DNA from: Macrostomum lignano
Taxonomy: Eukaryota
Length of the DNA: 64,000 nt
Reading direction: 5' to 3'
Assembly (NCBI GenBank): GCA_002269645.1
Contig: NIVC01001183.1
Coordinates: 124,001 to 188,000, forward strand
Shown here piece by piece: positions 26,043 to 37,796 of this stretch (positions are counted from its first letter, which is position 1; each line of letters begins with the position of its first letter). The position numbers were made by a program, and so were the translations under genes. The notes under the pieces were generated by a model, which made no database searches, was not told the DNA's origin, and was given only the letters and a program-made list of their open reading frames with translations.

Positions 26043-27388
26043 TAAACGGAGCAATGTGACGAATGAATGGAGGAGTGTGACAGTGACGGAACGGTGTGAT
26101 AGAACTCAGAATGATGATGAGGCGAAACTGATTGATGAACAATTGATGTAACAGAACCATGGAAGCAGCCATTGATGGCGGTGTTTAACAGCGAGCGCGG
26201 GATGCGAATGTGTATCTAAGGAGGAGGTTCTCGGAGTAAAACAAACGTGACACATTAGAGTCAGTGATGCTTTGTTTCGAATCTACCCACCAAGCAACTA
26301 GAATAACAAAAAAATATTGAGAGAATTATTTGCTTTCCTGGGACGTCAATCTGCCATCGGGAGCCGACTTCATCCGGGATCCAGGGCTTCCAGGCCTACG
26401 AATCGTTGAAGTAGCCGCTGCTTGCGCGCGGCCTCCGGCAACCACTCCTGTTCCACTTCAGGGCGCCTGTCTGGACTTGGACCGCGCGGGCCGGCGGCGG
26501 GCATCCCGCCATCTTGCCGCCCGCAGTCCCTGGAGGAGCCGTCTTCTACCCAACCTCCCTTCCTCCACCGCGGCATCCGAAGCCTTGTACCGGGGCGAAC
26601 GGGAAGGACCTTGATTTGGGAAGACGAGGATTTGGAAGAGTGGTGGGGTGGGGGTTAATCCGGCCGGGAGAAAGCTAAAGACAGCACACTTATGCGCGTG
26701 CATGCATGGGTGTGTACTCAGGAGATGCATGATGAGTTTGAGCTCCGGCGCCCCCCGGGCTGGCATCCTTCAACTTAAGATACACACGCATGCAATCGCA
26801 TGCTAAAGGACAGATTTTTTCGTTCCTCACTCCAGCCACTTTTTTCCACTCGACAGGATGATGAGAGGCATCTGCTCGGGTGTTTGGGGGGAGCCGTCTC
26901 GCTAAAGCTGTTTCCTTTGGAGTCGAATCTCTGACGGTCGATGGAACTCCAAATTATACATTATGGAAGGCGGGGCGGCAGACGGGGCGCTTTTTTAGCG
27001 GCCTTTCAAGGGCTTTAGAAGGGAATGCAGAAGGGATATTTTTGGCTATCTTCTGGAGAGACACTGTTTGCCTTGGAGAGAATTGGTTTATTCAGAAGCT
27101 CTCCTTTTGCTCCACAAAAAACTGAATTGACGAAGCGTAGAGAGGAGACTGGACGATGATTATCTATTCATACTTGGTGTAGTGAGCTGTGCATCGAATG
27201 CTAAATAGTCATAATGGGGTCTTTGAGCACCATGCCGCAAATTGAGAGAAGACAAGCAGTCATGCCCATTCTGCTGACTCATGAGGATGCAAGCACATAC
27301 CTGAACCGCATCTGTAAGTCTGTAAGGTAAGCCTCACTCAATTTCATGTACACAGCATTAACTGTCTTGAACTCAATCCCCTCCGTAG

Positions 27389-27871
27389 GTAAACGGGCAG
27401 GATCTGAGCCGCGCAACTCACGAAGAGGCCGTGGAAGTGTTCAGAACCGCTAAGGAGCCAATCATTGTGCAGGTCATGCGCCAGCAGCATCCGCAGCAGC
27501 AGCAACAGCAACAGCTGTCACAATCGCTGACTGCTCAAGTAACTATCAGCAGCAGTCTTCGGAGACCGCTGCCACCGCCGCCTCCACCACAACCACAATC
27601 AACGTCGTTGTCGACTCAACCGTCTTTGCAGCCGCAGCCGCCCCCGCTATTACTATCGCTGACGCAGCCAGATAGACAGGTGGACTACGATCTGCCAGCA
27701 TCGACGCTTACTTCGGGCGGCTCTTCCTGCCATCAGCAGCAGCAGTATCAGCACTATCAGCCGCTGCTCTACCTACCAGATCGTCAACAGCGACATCGTA
27801 AAACTAGTCACAGTCAAAACCGCGACCGAGAACGAAACAGTGCCAACAAGATCAGCAACGAACAGAGCTGT

Positions 27872-27932
<61 letters not shown>

Positions 27933-28018
27933 GCTACGAAACTGGTAGAACTAGCGGTACACTGACTCAGTCAGCTGTGGAGCTGTTCTTCCAGGCTGTG
28001 GAAGATTTCGACTATGAG
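27389..28018 (+). CDS. PDZRN3: PDZRN3/4-family exon (end of PDZ1 plus Q/P/S-rich linker with (CAG)20)
   Basis: ccgtag|GTA; [31 protein letters not shown] closely matches the remembered PDZRN3 PDZ1 end ([29 protein letters not shown]); 630 nt; GAG|gtaaat donor. Confidence 0.9.
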
Positions 28019-28354
28019 GTAAATTTGAGCTGGAGTGTTTTTGATTGAGCAATTGGCAGTTGGAACTAGATGGGGGTCGTGAAGTTGATGGTTGGATCTT
28101 GATTGGAGTTGGGAAGTTGATGGTTGGATCTTGATTTTTACTTTGTGGTTTACCGTTGACATTGATACTAGAGTGACTCTACGAGCTCGTGAAAAAAGCA
28201 GAAGACACATCGACTTTGAATACAATCTGGAACTTTGCAGAATACTCGTAAACGCCAAGTTCTGCTTTTTAGAATCTCCTACTATGAGCTTACTTCCTTT
28301 ACACCTTGAAGCAAAAGATAATTATAATCATTTTTTATCTTCAAACTTCGACAG

Positions 28355-28477
28355 GAAGTTCAGCTGACTAGAAGTGCGGCCGGCCAGAAACTGGGGCTGA
28401 CCCTGTGCTACAGCAGCTCTTGCGACAGCGCCGCCCAGGGGGACCAGCCGCCCATCACTGACGTATTCGTTGGAGAG
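28355..28477 (+). CDS. PDZRN3: PDZRN3/4-family exon (start of PDZ2)
   Basis: acag|GAA; EVQLTRSAAGQKLGLTLCY...DVFVGE (KLGLTxCY loop typical of PDZRN3 PDZ2); GAG|gtgaga; 123 nt. Confidence 0.9.
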
Positions 28478-28502
28478 GTGAGACATGGCATACAGGGCAT
28501 TC

Positions 28503-28598
28503 AGCAACAATAATCCAGTTTACAAACCCAACAATCATCCAGTTTACAAACCCAACAATCATCCAGTTTACAAACCCAACAATCATCCAGTTTACACA
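28503..28598. repeat. 24-bp x4 intronic repeat
   Basis: Unit CAACAATCATCCAGTTTACAAACC. Confidence 0.9.
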
Positions 28599-29099
28599 CC
28601 CTACTACTCAGATCCGTATATTTCAGCTACCAGAGTGACTCACCAAAGCAAAAGTACATTCAGCCTCGCACTATTGCCAATTATTTAGCAAGACATTGGA
28701 GCGCACGACACGCCAGTCTGACAGACAGATCACGCTGACTCCACACTCGCACGCATCGGGGGTTTTGAATAAAGAAACGCTAATCAATCAGGCTAATTGT
28801 GAGGATCACTGCATCAGCTTATGGTTTTACTGCCAACCCAACTTTGCAGAGCACAGTTAGCTGGCTCTCTATCATTCATTCGCAGGTCAAAGAGCTCTCC
28901 GATCCACATTTCCCTTGATTCCACACTCATCGTCTCGCATGGCATGGCAAACTCAATATTCGAATGGCTAGCCTGCACTTTAGCTGAGCTTGGTTTCCGG
29001 TTGGCATGACTAACCAAATGGTAGCAGCAAGGGAAACTGCTGAATTTGAAAGCGTCAATCGAGCACACTCCTGCAAGTTCACTCGGTCATTTCATCCAG

Positions 29100-30053
29100 G
29101 TCACACCTGACAGCGTCGCATCCGCCAGCGGTCGAATTCGAGTGGGCGATCAAATTCTGCGGATCAACGGCGAGGCGGCGCGAACTCGCGACCAAGCGGT
29201 CAGGCTGTTTACCAACTCCGGCTCAACCGTCAACCTCCTGGTGGCCCGGCCGCGGTCGCGTCGACCCGTCGACGGCGAGGAAGAGGAGGAGGAGGAGGAA
29301 GAGGACGGGGAAGCAGAGGAGGGCAACGGCGAGGCGGATACGGCGACGGAAACTGCCGAGGCCGGCGGCGATACGGCGGAGACGCTCGACGAGGACGACG
29401 AAGAGGCCGACACGCTGGTCGAAGACGACTCAGGCGGCCGCAAAGACTCCGGGCTGGGCAGCGCGCAGAGCGCCAACGCTGCGACTGCTGCCACCGCGAC
29501 CACCACCACGACGGACGAACTGGCGGCTAGCATTGCTCGATTGCGGGCTGCCGCCGAGGCAGTGAGCTACATCGGCGGTCCTCCAGTGCCAAGCCGTCCG
29601 GCCGTGCCTCGGATGGGCACCCGGGTTCAGCGAAGTCCGAGCGGACAGGCGGCACCGGCGCCAGCCGCCACAATGTCAGCGTCCTCGTCTGCGTCGACTG
29701 CCTGCCAGACGGTTGGCGGCAACGAAGGCAACGGCGGCGAGGCGGACTCCGGCATGGAGTGGGTGGTGAAGAGACGCGCCGATGGCAGTCGCTACGTGAC
29801 TCGACGGCCGGTTCGGGCGCGCCTGCTCCGCGAGCGGGCCCGCCAGGTGGCCGAGGAGCGGCCGGGCGCTGGCACGGACGACGACCTGGCCAGCTGTCTG
29901 GGCCGCTGGGCGCCGCGTCGCGAACGAAAGCGGCAGCTCCGTCGGCACAGGGCGGCGGCGGCGGCTGCCGCGGCTGCTGCTAGGAACGCCCGGATGCTGG
30001 CGCAGTCGCATTACGGAACTCAGACGCAGCAGGTCTCTGTTACATTCGTCTGA
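29100..30053 (+). CDS. PDZRN3: PDZRN3/4-family last exon (end of PDZ2, LNX3-homology region, C-terminal PDZ-binding motif)
   Basis: catccag|GTC; VTPDSVASASGRIRVGDQILRING; EWVVKRRADGSRYVTRRPVRARLLRERA...TDDD...LGRW...ERKRQL matches the family LNX3H block; ends SVTFV* like the family SVTTV*. Confidence 0.92.
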   Translation, partial: VTPDSVASASGRIRVGDQILRINGEAARTRDQAVRLFTNSGSTVNLLVARPRSRRPVDGEEEEEEEEEDGEAEEGNGEADTATETAEAGGDTAETLDEDDEEADTLVEDDSGGRKDSGLGSAQSANAATAATATTTTTDELAASIARLRAAAEAVSYIGGPPVPSRPAVPRMGTRVQRSPSGQAAPAPAATMSASSSASTACQTVGGNEGNGGEADSGMEWVVKRRADGSRYVTRRPVRARLLRERARQVAEERPGAGTDDDLASCLGRWAPRRERKRQLRRHRAAAAAAAAAARNARMLAQSHYGTQTQQVSVTFV

Positions 30054-30298
30054 CTGCGCCTCTGTCTCAATCCCAATGTCTAAAGTTTCCCTGCTGAGTC
30101 GTCTCAAATTCATTGTGAATGTTTGGTGAAGCATCTGAATGGCCAAAACTAATCTTGATCTTTCTTTGTTAGCATCCTGTATCTGCTGGGGTATCATTGC
30201 TGTTAGAATCTAGAAAATTTAGCTCGGCACCTCGATTGTCAGTCGGTCCTCAATTCTTGGTACCTTCCTCAACTCGAATTATGCTATAATTGCACCAG

Positions 30299-30675
30299 TG
30301 TAATAGCTTGCTCATAGACTGTGTAATGACTGGGTCATAGACTGTGTAATAGCTTGCTCATAGACTGTGTAATGAATGGGTCATAGACTGTGTAATAGCT
30401 TGCTCATAGACTGTAATAGCTTGCTCATAGACTGTGTAATGAATGGGTCATAGACTGTGTAATGAATGGGTCATAGACTGTGTAATGAATGGGTCATAGA
30501 CTGTGTAATGAATGGGTCATAGACTGTGTAATAGCTTGGTCATAGACTGTGTAACTACTTGGTCATATACTATGTAATAGCTCGGTCATAGACTGTGTAA
30601 TTACTGGGTAATAGACTGTGTAATTACTGGGTAATAGACTATGTAATAGCTTGGTCATAATCTGTAATAGCTTCA
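30299..30675. repeat. 23-bp minisatellite downstream of the PDZ gene stop
   Basis: Unit GTAATGAATGGGTCATAGACTGT and variants. Confidence 0.9.
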
Positions 30676-31417
30676 TCATCTACATATATTAGCTGCTTTA
30701 TCATTAAAATGATGCTTGGTCATTTAACTTTTACATTGCGTTAGATCGGTCATTGACTGGTCATAAAAGGTAAAGCTTGATCATACACCGATCTGCTTAA
30801 TTAAAAAATCTGCTTTGATCATTCCAATCAAGAGTTTATCTACCAGATAGGCAGATTAATTTGCTCGAACCCAAACTCAACTCAAAGCATTGGGACTATT
30901 TAGCAATATATCACTGGTCTTGTTTGCCTAGTAACCCCGTTTGGATCTTTTTATGCAACCCATTCGCCTTCTCTGTGTCTATAATTGCATCGAAGATTAC
31001 AAGTGCATCCTTGGTTCGTTCTCGTTAGCGCTTTTCTTCCATAATTTTTGTTTCGATACAAGATTGCCGAGTTGCCCTCGTGAAAATGCTTGGCTTGGCT
31101 TATAGGCTTGGCTTATGCCAGCTTCATTGCAATTTCTCACAGTTTATTGCAATTTGAATGCAAGATTGCATCTAAATGGTCTATTGCTGCTGATGCTGCG
31201 GCCTCTGCTTTGACTAATAGAAAAACTGTACATATCTGGTGTGGCTTACTGCCTCTTCCTTCAACTATTATTTCTTCAACTGACTGCTTTGCAATCAATA
31301 AATTCACTTTGTAAATCCTTGGTGCTCGAAATGTTTGCACTTATTTAGCGAAACTAAGAGACAGAGGGAATGAAAAATTCCTCATCTTTCTCAATAGTTT
31401 TTTCACGATAAAGTACA

Positions 31418-31579
31418 CAGTGGCGCAGCCAGCAGGGGTGGGCTGAGGGGGCTCCCCCCTGAAGTTACCCCAACCCCGAAAAAAACGAAAAAAAATAAAA
31501 TACTCGTAATTACTCGCCTCCAAAAATTCCGGAGAAAAAATCCCCCCCCCCGAAAAAAATCCCCATGACTGCGCCATTG
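31418..31579. mobile_element. hAT-type MITE, 162 bp
   Basis: TIRs CAGTGGCGCAGCCA / TGACTGCGCCATTG (2 mismatches); flanks AAAGTACA / TAAGTACA = 8-bp TSD with 1 mismatch. Confidence 0.7.
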
Positions 31580-32473
31580 TAAGTACATGTAACGCTTGTA
31601 CATACCGAAGAAGAATCGAGCCCATATGTTCTTGGTTCTTGTGTATTGAACTACTGTAAGTAGGCTAAGCATGCTTGCGGAATCTTATTTTCGTTATTTT
31701 GTTCGGCCGACTATAGAATTTGAATGACAATATAATCCTGGTCTTTTTAAAATTCACAAAAAGTGTTGGAACATATTCTCAAATGAATTTATTTTGTGCC
31801 GCTATTCCTGCTATTTTTATTCCATTTTTATCTTTTTCACTCGCAAAACGTATACATTTACATGTATAGCTATGCAATGGATCCTGCATGTGCAATGTAT
31901 ATATATCATACATTAAAATTCCTAATATGCTTCACCAATGATTGCATAAATAAGCAAATAAATATAAATAGTTGAGTTTTAAATTCTTACTAACATTCGG
32001 TTCGCAGTTAACCAAAAGATCCATCCAACTGTAATCATACACCTTAATTATTTAGGAATTTGTTTTAATTTAGATATTTATTAATTAGATTAAATAACAT
32101 TACGCATGTTTTCATGTGCATGTAACAAAAATGCTACGCTGATATGCGAGCGTAGTTTTTCAATTCTTCAAAACAGATTGGCTAGATCCAAAAATTATGC
32201 ATGAAAGCCAAATTAACATTAATTTGCAAAATACGTTTGTTTAAGTTCAGCTAGTAGTTGTTTTCCTGATTCTAAATTTGAAATTAATTAAACATGGAGC
32301 AAGTATTATTAAGTTATATATATATATTATTAAGTTTTTGGCGATCAACAAAGAAATAAAACCGGCAAGTAATTATTAAGATATTATCACTTCTTTGTGT
32401 GCTGAAATATGAAAAGTTCAAAATCTCGATTGTGACCCTCGCGGATGAACGAATGTTTTACGTCCTTTCGTCA

Positions 32474-32808
32474 TTATACTAAGTTTTTATTAAATAGTCC
32501 TTAATAGAATTTAAGGACTATTTAATAAAAATAGTCCTTTAGAAATAGAAAAGAAATAATAGAAATAGAAATAGAAATAGAAATAGTCCTTTATTAAATA
32601 TCAAATAGTCGTACTTTTACCAGATACCTCATTATACATCTAGCTAGTTAACTACCAACACACCTCGCGTACAGTAGGCCAATCAAATTATACTAAGTTT
32701 TTATTAAATAGTCCTTATTAAATATCAAATAGTCGTACTTTTACCAGATACCTCATTATACATCTAGCTATTTAACTACCAACACACCTCGTGATAGGCC
32801 AATCAAGA
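32474..32808. repeat. Perfect hairpin plus local tandem duplication upstream of CFAP119
   Basis: 20-21-bp perfect stem at 32484-32531; about 115-bp segment (ATTATACTAAG...AGGCCAATCAA) present twice. Confidence 0.85.
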
Positions 32809-33094
32809 AAGTTTAATAAATACATTCTTCACGTGAAGAGAATCTATGCAGAAAAACAAATTTCATAGTACTATTTACTCACGGACGGTAATTGTGTGCT
32901 CTACTATAATTTTATTGCTTTAAGTAAACTTTTGATTTAACAAGTACTTTATTTTAGTCTATGCTTGTTGTTAAATGTTGCTTGGACAACCTATTTAGTT
33001 TTGTTACATACCCACATTTTCGGTCCGAAAAATACTTGGGAAACACGGCTTGCCGCTTTTGTTGTGTTATAAAGCAAATTAAAACAGTCTAAAA

Positions 33095-33737
33095 ATGTCT
33101 GAGGAAATCGAAAATGACGAGCCTATTTTGCAGCTTCCAAGATTTCGGAAGGCCAAGGCCTACATTTGGAAAGATATTGGAGTATCGGAGACTGACCAGC
33201 TACTTCGGATGACAGATAGTGACGCGATTAAGAGCTACCTACAAGACTCCCTTCAAATCTCTGATGACCCAACTGGTCGTCATCTAATACTTATCGATTT
33301 ATTTTTCTATGCTGTTCGTTTCTGCCAAAGAAACTCGTTCAACAGTGAAAAGACTTCGTGCTTCTTATCGATAATCAAACAGACCCACGAGCTGGCATCA
33401 GAGACGCCATTCGGCAACCTCAACGAAACTCTCAAGCTCTTCAAGGATTTAGTCCTTTGCCACTCCGTTCACCGACCCCCTTTCAGTCTTGGAATATTCA
33501 CACCACGGGAAGCCTCAGCTCTGTCGTACTACTTTATCGATTCGTACTTTCGACACTTCAAACTCTACAAGTACGCGTTTACTCCACAAGTGCAGTTAGA
33601 CTTATCTATTGATTACGTTAAAATTCCAAAGTCGCCACAGGAACTCGTTGATGAGAAGAGAAGTGTCAGCGACGAATTGGCCACATCCGCTAGAGGTGAT
33701 GCAGATGAAGCTCCTGAGGATCAGGCCAGGCCAGAAG
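33095..33737 (+). CDS. CFAP119: CFAP119/CCDC189 (central-pair C1a-32-like ciliary protein), exon 1
   Basis: ATG 33095; DLFFYAVRFC...FNSEKTSCFLSIIK...LVLCHSVHRPPFSLGIF...YFIDSYFRHFKLYKYAFTP is the C1a-32 domain pattern; GAAG|gtaatt donor, phase 1. Confidence 0.85.
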
Positions 33738-34601
33738 GTAATTTAAAAGCAGCAACTCTTGCCTTCCTTATTTTAAAAAAGCAATAAGGATGCTTTAAAG
33801 GATGCTTTAAACAGCAATAAGGATGCAATAAGGATCTAAAAGCAAAAGAATAGATCTCTAATATTTATTTTTAATTGCTTCTGGTGAATTTTTTTTACAC
33901 TAATACCACATTTTAAAATCTGCAGCCTTTTTGTACAAGTAGAATTGCACATATAATTAAATACTACAAGCTATAGTTTTGTACTAAAATATATCTTTCT
34001 GCAGAAAAAATGTTTGCATTTTTTTATTTTAATCTCATCAAAATTAATTCAGAGTCAAATTAAATTAGACTCCTTTTTGGAATTGATTATAGCTTATAGA
34101 TAAATGCACTCTAAAGGAATGTCTTAATAGCCTAATATGCTTTTGAAAGAATTGTTAGTAAAACTGAAAAATATTTAAATCTACAAGCTAAATGATTTTA
34201 TTTCACTTCTAATTATTTAATTGATTGCTACAATTTTAGCAAGATTTTTTTATACTTTATCGTATTTTTTATATCTTTTGAATGTATCAGTAGTTAAGTA
34301 AAAATAATTGCACGTATCTGCATGGAAGTTGCATGCTTTGTTTGGGCCAAATATATCTATCTGTACTGCACAAAACTATAAATTTATTTTTTACGCTCAT
34401 AGGCTAAATAGAAAATTTATTCGTGTTTATTGTCTAAGAAACCTTCAGGAAAAAGAACCTAGAATCAGAAAAGTTAAAAATCAATCGAAGAAGCAGGGAG
34501 GAAAAAGTCATGAAGACCCACTAAATTTAAATTAAATTTATTTTATAGCGGGCCTTACCTTTAGCAAACCTGCCCTACAAATTCCCCATCATTTGCAGCA
34601 G

Positions 34602-34846
34602 GTTACGAGTCCGACCCAGACGCTGTCGCAGATCCTCGCGCAGAGTCGCTTCGCGAGCTGAAGAAAATTGTGCGCGAACGTCTCGCCGCCGAAATGCAGG
34701 AGATGCGCTCGAGTTTCGGCAGCCAGCTAAAGCTCTCCGATGAGGCGCTCGGGAAGCTGGTGGCGCCGCCGACTGGTGGCCAGCAGCTGACCGCCGAGGG
34801 TGACGGCAAAAAATCCAGCCGACAGTCGGCAAAGAAAAAGAAATGA
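34602..34846 (+). CDS. CFAP119: CFAP119 exon 2 (coiled-coil, basic C-terminus)
   Basis: tttgcagcag| NAGNAG acceptor; phase 1 gives GYESDPDAV...LRELKKIVRERLAAEMQEMR...KKKK*; AATAAA about 40 nt after the stop. Confidence 0.75.
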
Positions 34847-35944
34847 TTCGGACCATAGAAACACTTCTCGCTTCACGTGCTTAAAAATAAAACTTTTCTA
34901 ACATGCTCTTTTTTCTTACTTAAAGTAGAATGATGCGACTGGTAGTTTAATATTTTTATGGTATTTTTTATTGCCCCATATAATAAACAGGTCTACAACG
35001 CATAAATTAATTATTTCTGTTCGATATCCTGATGTAGGAGTGAACTTATATGTATATGAATTTTTTGCAACGTAAATGCATGAGTGCGTTTATAATTAAG
35101 TACATGCTGCTTCAAAATAGGTGCAGAACAAAATTTACATTCTTCTAGCATTTACAAGCGTATATTATTTTCGATTTGATTGCTATTTAACTTGTAAAAT
35201 TAATTCTAGGAATATTGCAGATCAAACGTTGTCCCTCCAGCGCCCCTTGACATGCATGATCCTTCAGAGGACAGAGGCAGTGACAGAGCGAGAGGATATA
35301 TTTACATTTTCGCTCGTAATTGCACACGTTATGTTATAAGCAACATAAACACTTGTCCACTGAGAATGATATAGCCAGATAAGCCAGACTTAAAGAGTTA
35401 AACAAAATCTTTCTAATCTTATCATATACTAAGAGTTGTATGTCTCACCTAACACTAGCACCAATAACAATGACTCATTTCTATGGCCTTCCAGTCGAGT
35501 TCCGAATATTGCATGCCGTATACGGTATAGTTGAATCAAGGACCACTATATACAGCTATATACAGTGGTCCTTGAGTTGAATTCCGTACAATATTATTCA
35601 TTCTCGTAACACGCGCCGATAAACAGTTAAAACAGCGCACTTCCTGTCCGACCTGCATGCAATTCGAGCGAGGTAAATTAGCATTAGCTAATCATTATTC
35701 TCATGCTGACTGACAAGTGTTTTTGTTTAAGTCACATGACTCTCCAGGGTCCAAGCAGTGCAGGTACACCACAGCCATTTTTACGCCTGCAAAATTTACT
35801 AACGAGCAAAATTTGACCCACATTTTCCAAGTTCGAGTGCACTTTTACTTTTTAGGTCACACCGATTCGAGCTGAGACTCAGAGAGGCCTAGTTATGCAG
35901 GGAGACTGCGACTGGGGCTGGGCGCCACCCTCGCAGTTTAGTGG

Positions 35945-36310
35945 CGCTGGCGCCCAACCTCAAATGAGCTGAAATGGCGCCCAACCTCAAATGAGCTGAA
36001 ATGGCACCCAACCTCAAATGAGCTGAAATGGCGCCACATCAAATGAGCTGAAATGGCGCCCAACTTCAAATGAGCTGAAATGGCGCCACATCAAATGAGC
36101 TGAAATGGCGCCACATCAAATGAGCTGAAATGGCGCCCAACCTCAAATGAGCTGAAATGGCGCCCAAGCTCAAATGAGCTGAAATGGCGCCCAACCTCAA
36201 ATGAGCTGAAATGGCGCCCAACCTCAAATGAGCTGAAATGGCGCCCAACCTCAAATGAGCTGAAATGGCGCCCAACCTCAAATGAGCTGAAATGGCGCCC
36301 AACCTAAGAT
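35945..36310. repeat. 27-bp GGCGCC-core minisatellite
   Basis: Unit TGGCGCCCAACCTCAAATGAGCTGAAA. Confidence 0.95.
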
Positions 36311-37190
36311 GACACCAAGAAAAGAAAAAATGCACTAAGAAATGAATGAAACTGAAATCACTTTACAAGCTAATTATTTATCAAGGCAAATATTATAACC
36401 AACGATTTATAAACTACAAAACATTTTGGCATATTTATTACATACAAAAGAATATAATTACACATAATTTCAGAGAGTCACAAACGATAACGAACGAAAA
36501 AATGAAAAAACAATGACTTATATTCGACATGAAGATGGAGCATAAGCATATTTGTTTAACGAAATTGTTGCAAGTTGCAATACGAGCAGGAACAGGAATT
36601 TATTACTACTATAGCTCGCACTAATAATTACAATTTACACCAAAACAAAAATAGCTAAAAGTACACTATAACTAAACCAAAGCGATGAAGCTTATCACAG
36701 ATACAAACTTTTCCGAATGACTCGTAATTTTTCTACGAACATTAGGGGCCTAGGGCAGGTGAGAAGAGACACTGAGTCAGCCCCGCAGCTGACTTTGTTT
36801 AAATCCTTTGCCCGCAAGCACAAGATGGGGCGCGCGTGGGGGGAAGAGACACGCGATGACGTCACCCAGCCGAACTCCCTCGGGGCGAGCAAACAAAGAA
36901 TTGCATAAAGGCCAAGGGCGGCTATTGGGAAGCGAGGAATATCGAGTGGGGGTGCTATTGGAGATATAGAGGCCGGGGCCCTCCTTTGTAAGGGTTAAGA
37001 GGGGGATGAAGCATATAGCAGGCTGCGGGAGGGGGTGACTCATCACCCAGGTCTTATTCTCACCACAGATCGGTATCATATTTAGCAGATTTTAACAATA
37101 TGCTAGTTTCATAGAAATACTTGAGTCATAATTATAAGACCTAGATTTCTAGCTAGCATAATAACTGATAAACCGCAGGAAAATTTCAGT

Positions 37191-37273
37191 TCAGTTGGAG
37201 TTTTTGCTCTTCGTAGTGTTAGCCAGTTGCTGGGACGCCTGCAGACGGACTCGTTTCTTAATGGGAAACATAT
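37191..37273 (-). CDS. Orphan protein A, exon 2
   Basis: ctttttcccaatttcag|AT acceptor; G|AT = Asp, then MFPIKKRVRLQASQQLANTTKSKNSN*; the intron holds a minisatellite. Confidence 0.6.
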
Positions 37274-37309
37274 CTGAAATTGGGAAAAAGTTTAAGGAAA
37301 TTGAACTCG

Positions 37310-37695
37310 GGGAATTGGGGATTTGATCTGAGAGGGGGAATTAGGGATCTGAGAGGGGAATTGGGGATCTGAGAGGTGGAATTGGGGATCTGAGGGGGAA
37401 TTGGGGATCTGAGAGGTGGAATTGGGGAGCTGAGAGGGGGAATAGGGGATCTGAGAGGGGAATTGGGGATCTGAGAGGTGGAATTGGGGATCTGAGGGGG
37501 AATTGGGGATCTGAGAGGTGGAATTGGGGAGCTGAGAGGGGGAATAGGGGATCTGAGAGGTGGAATTGGGGATCTGAGAGGTGGAATTAGGGATCTGACA
37601 GGTGGAATTGGGATCTGAGAGGTGGAATTGGGATCTGAGAGGTGGAATTGGGATCTGAGAGGTGGAATTGGGATCTGAGAGAATTAGGGGTCTGA
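37310..37695. repeat. About 21-bp G-rich minisatellite in the orphan A intron
   Basis: Unit GGAATTGGGGATCTGAGAGGT. Confidence 0.9.
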
Positions 37696-37796
37696 GGGGG
37701 TGGGTATATCTGATAGGGGAATTAGGTATTTTGAATCCTGATGACAGAACACAGAACTAATATTGTGGATAAAAAATGGCAAATTCGGAAACTTAC

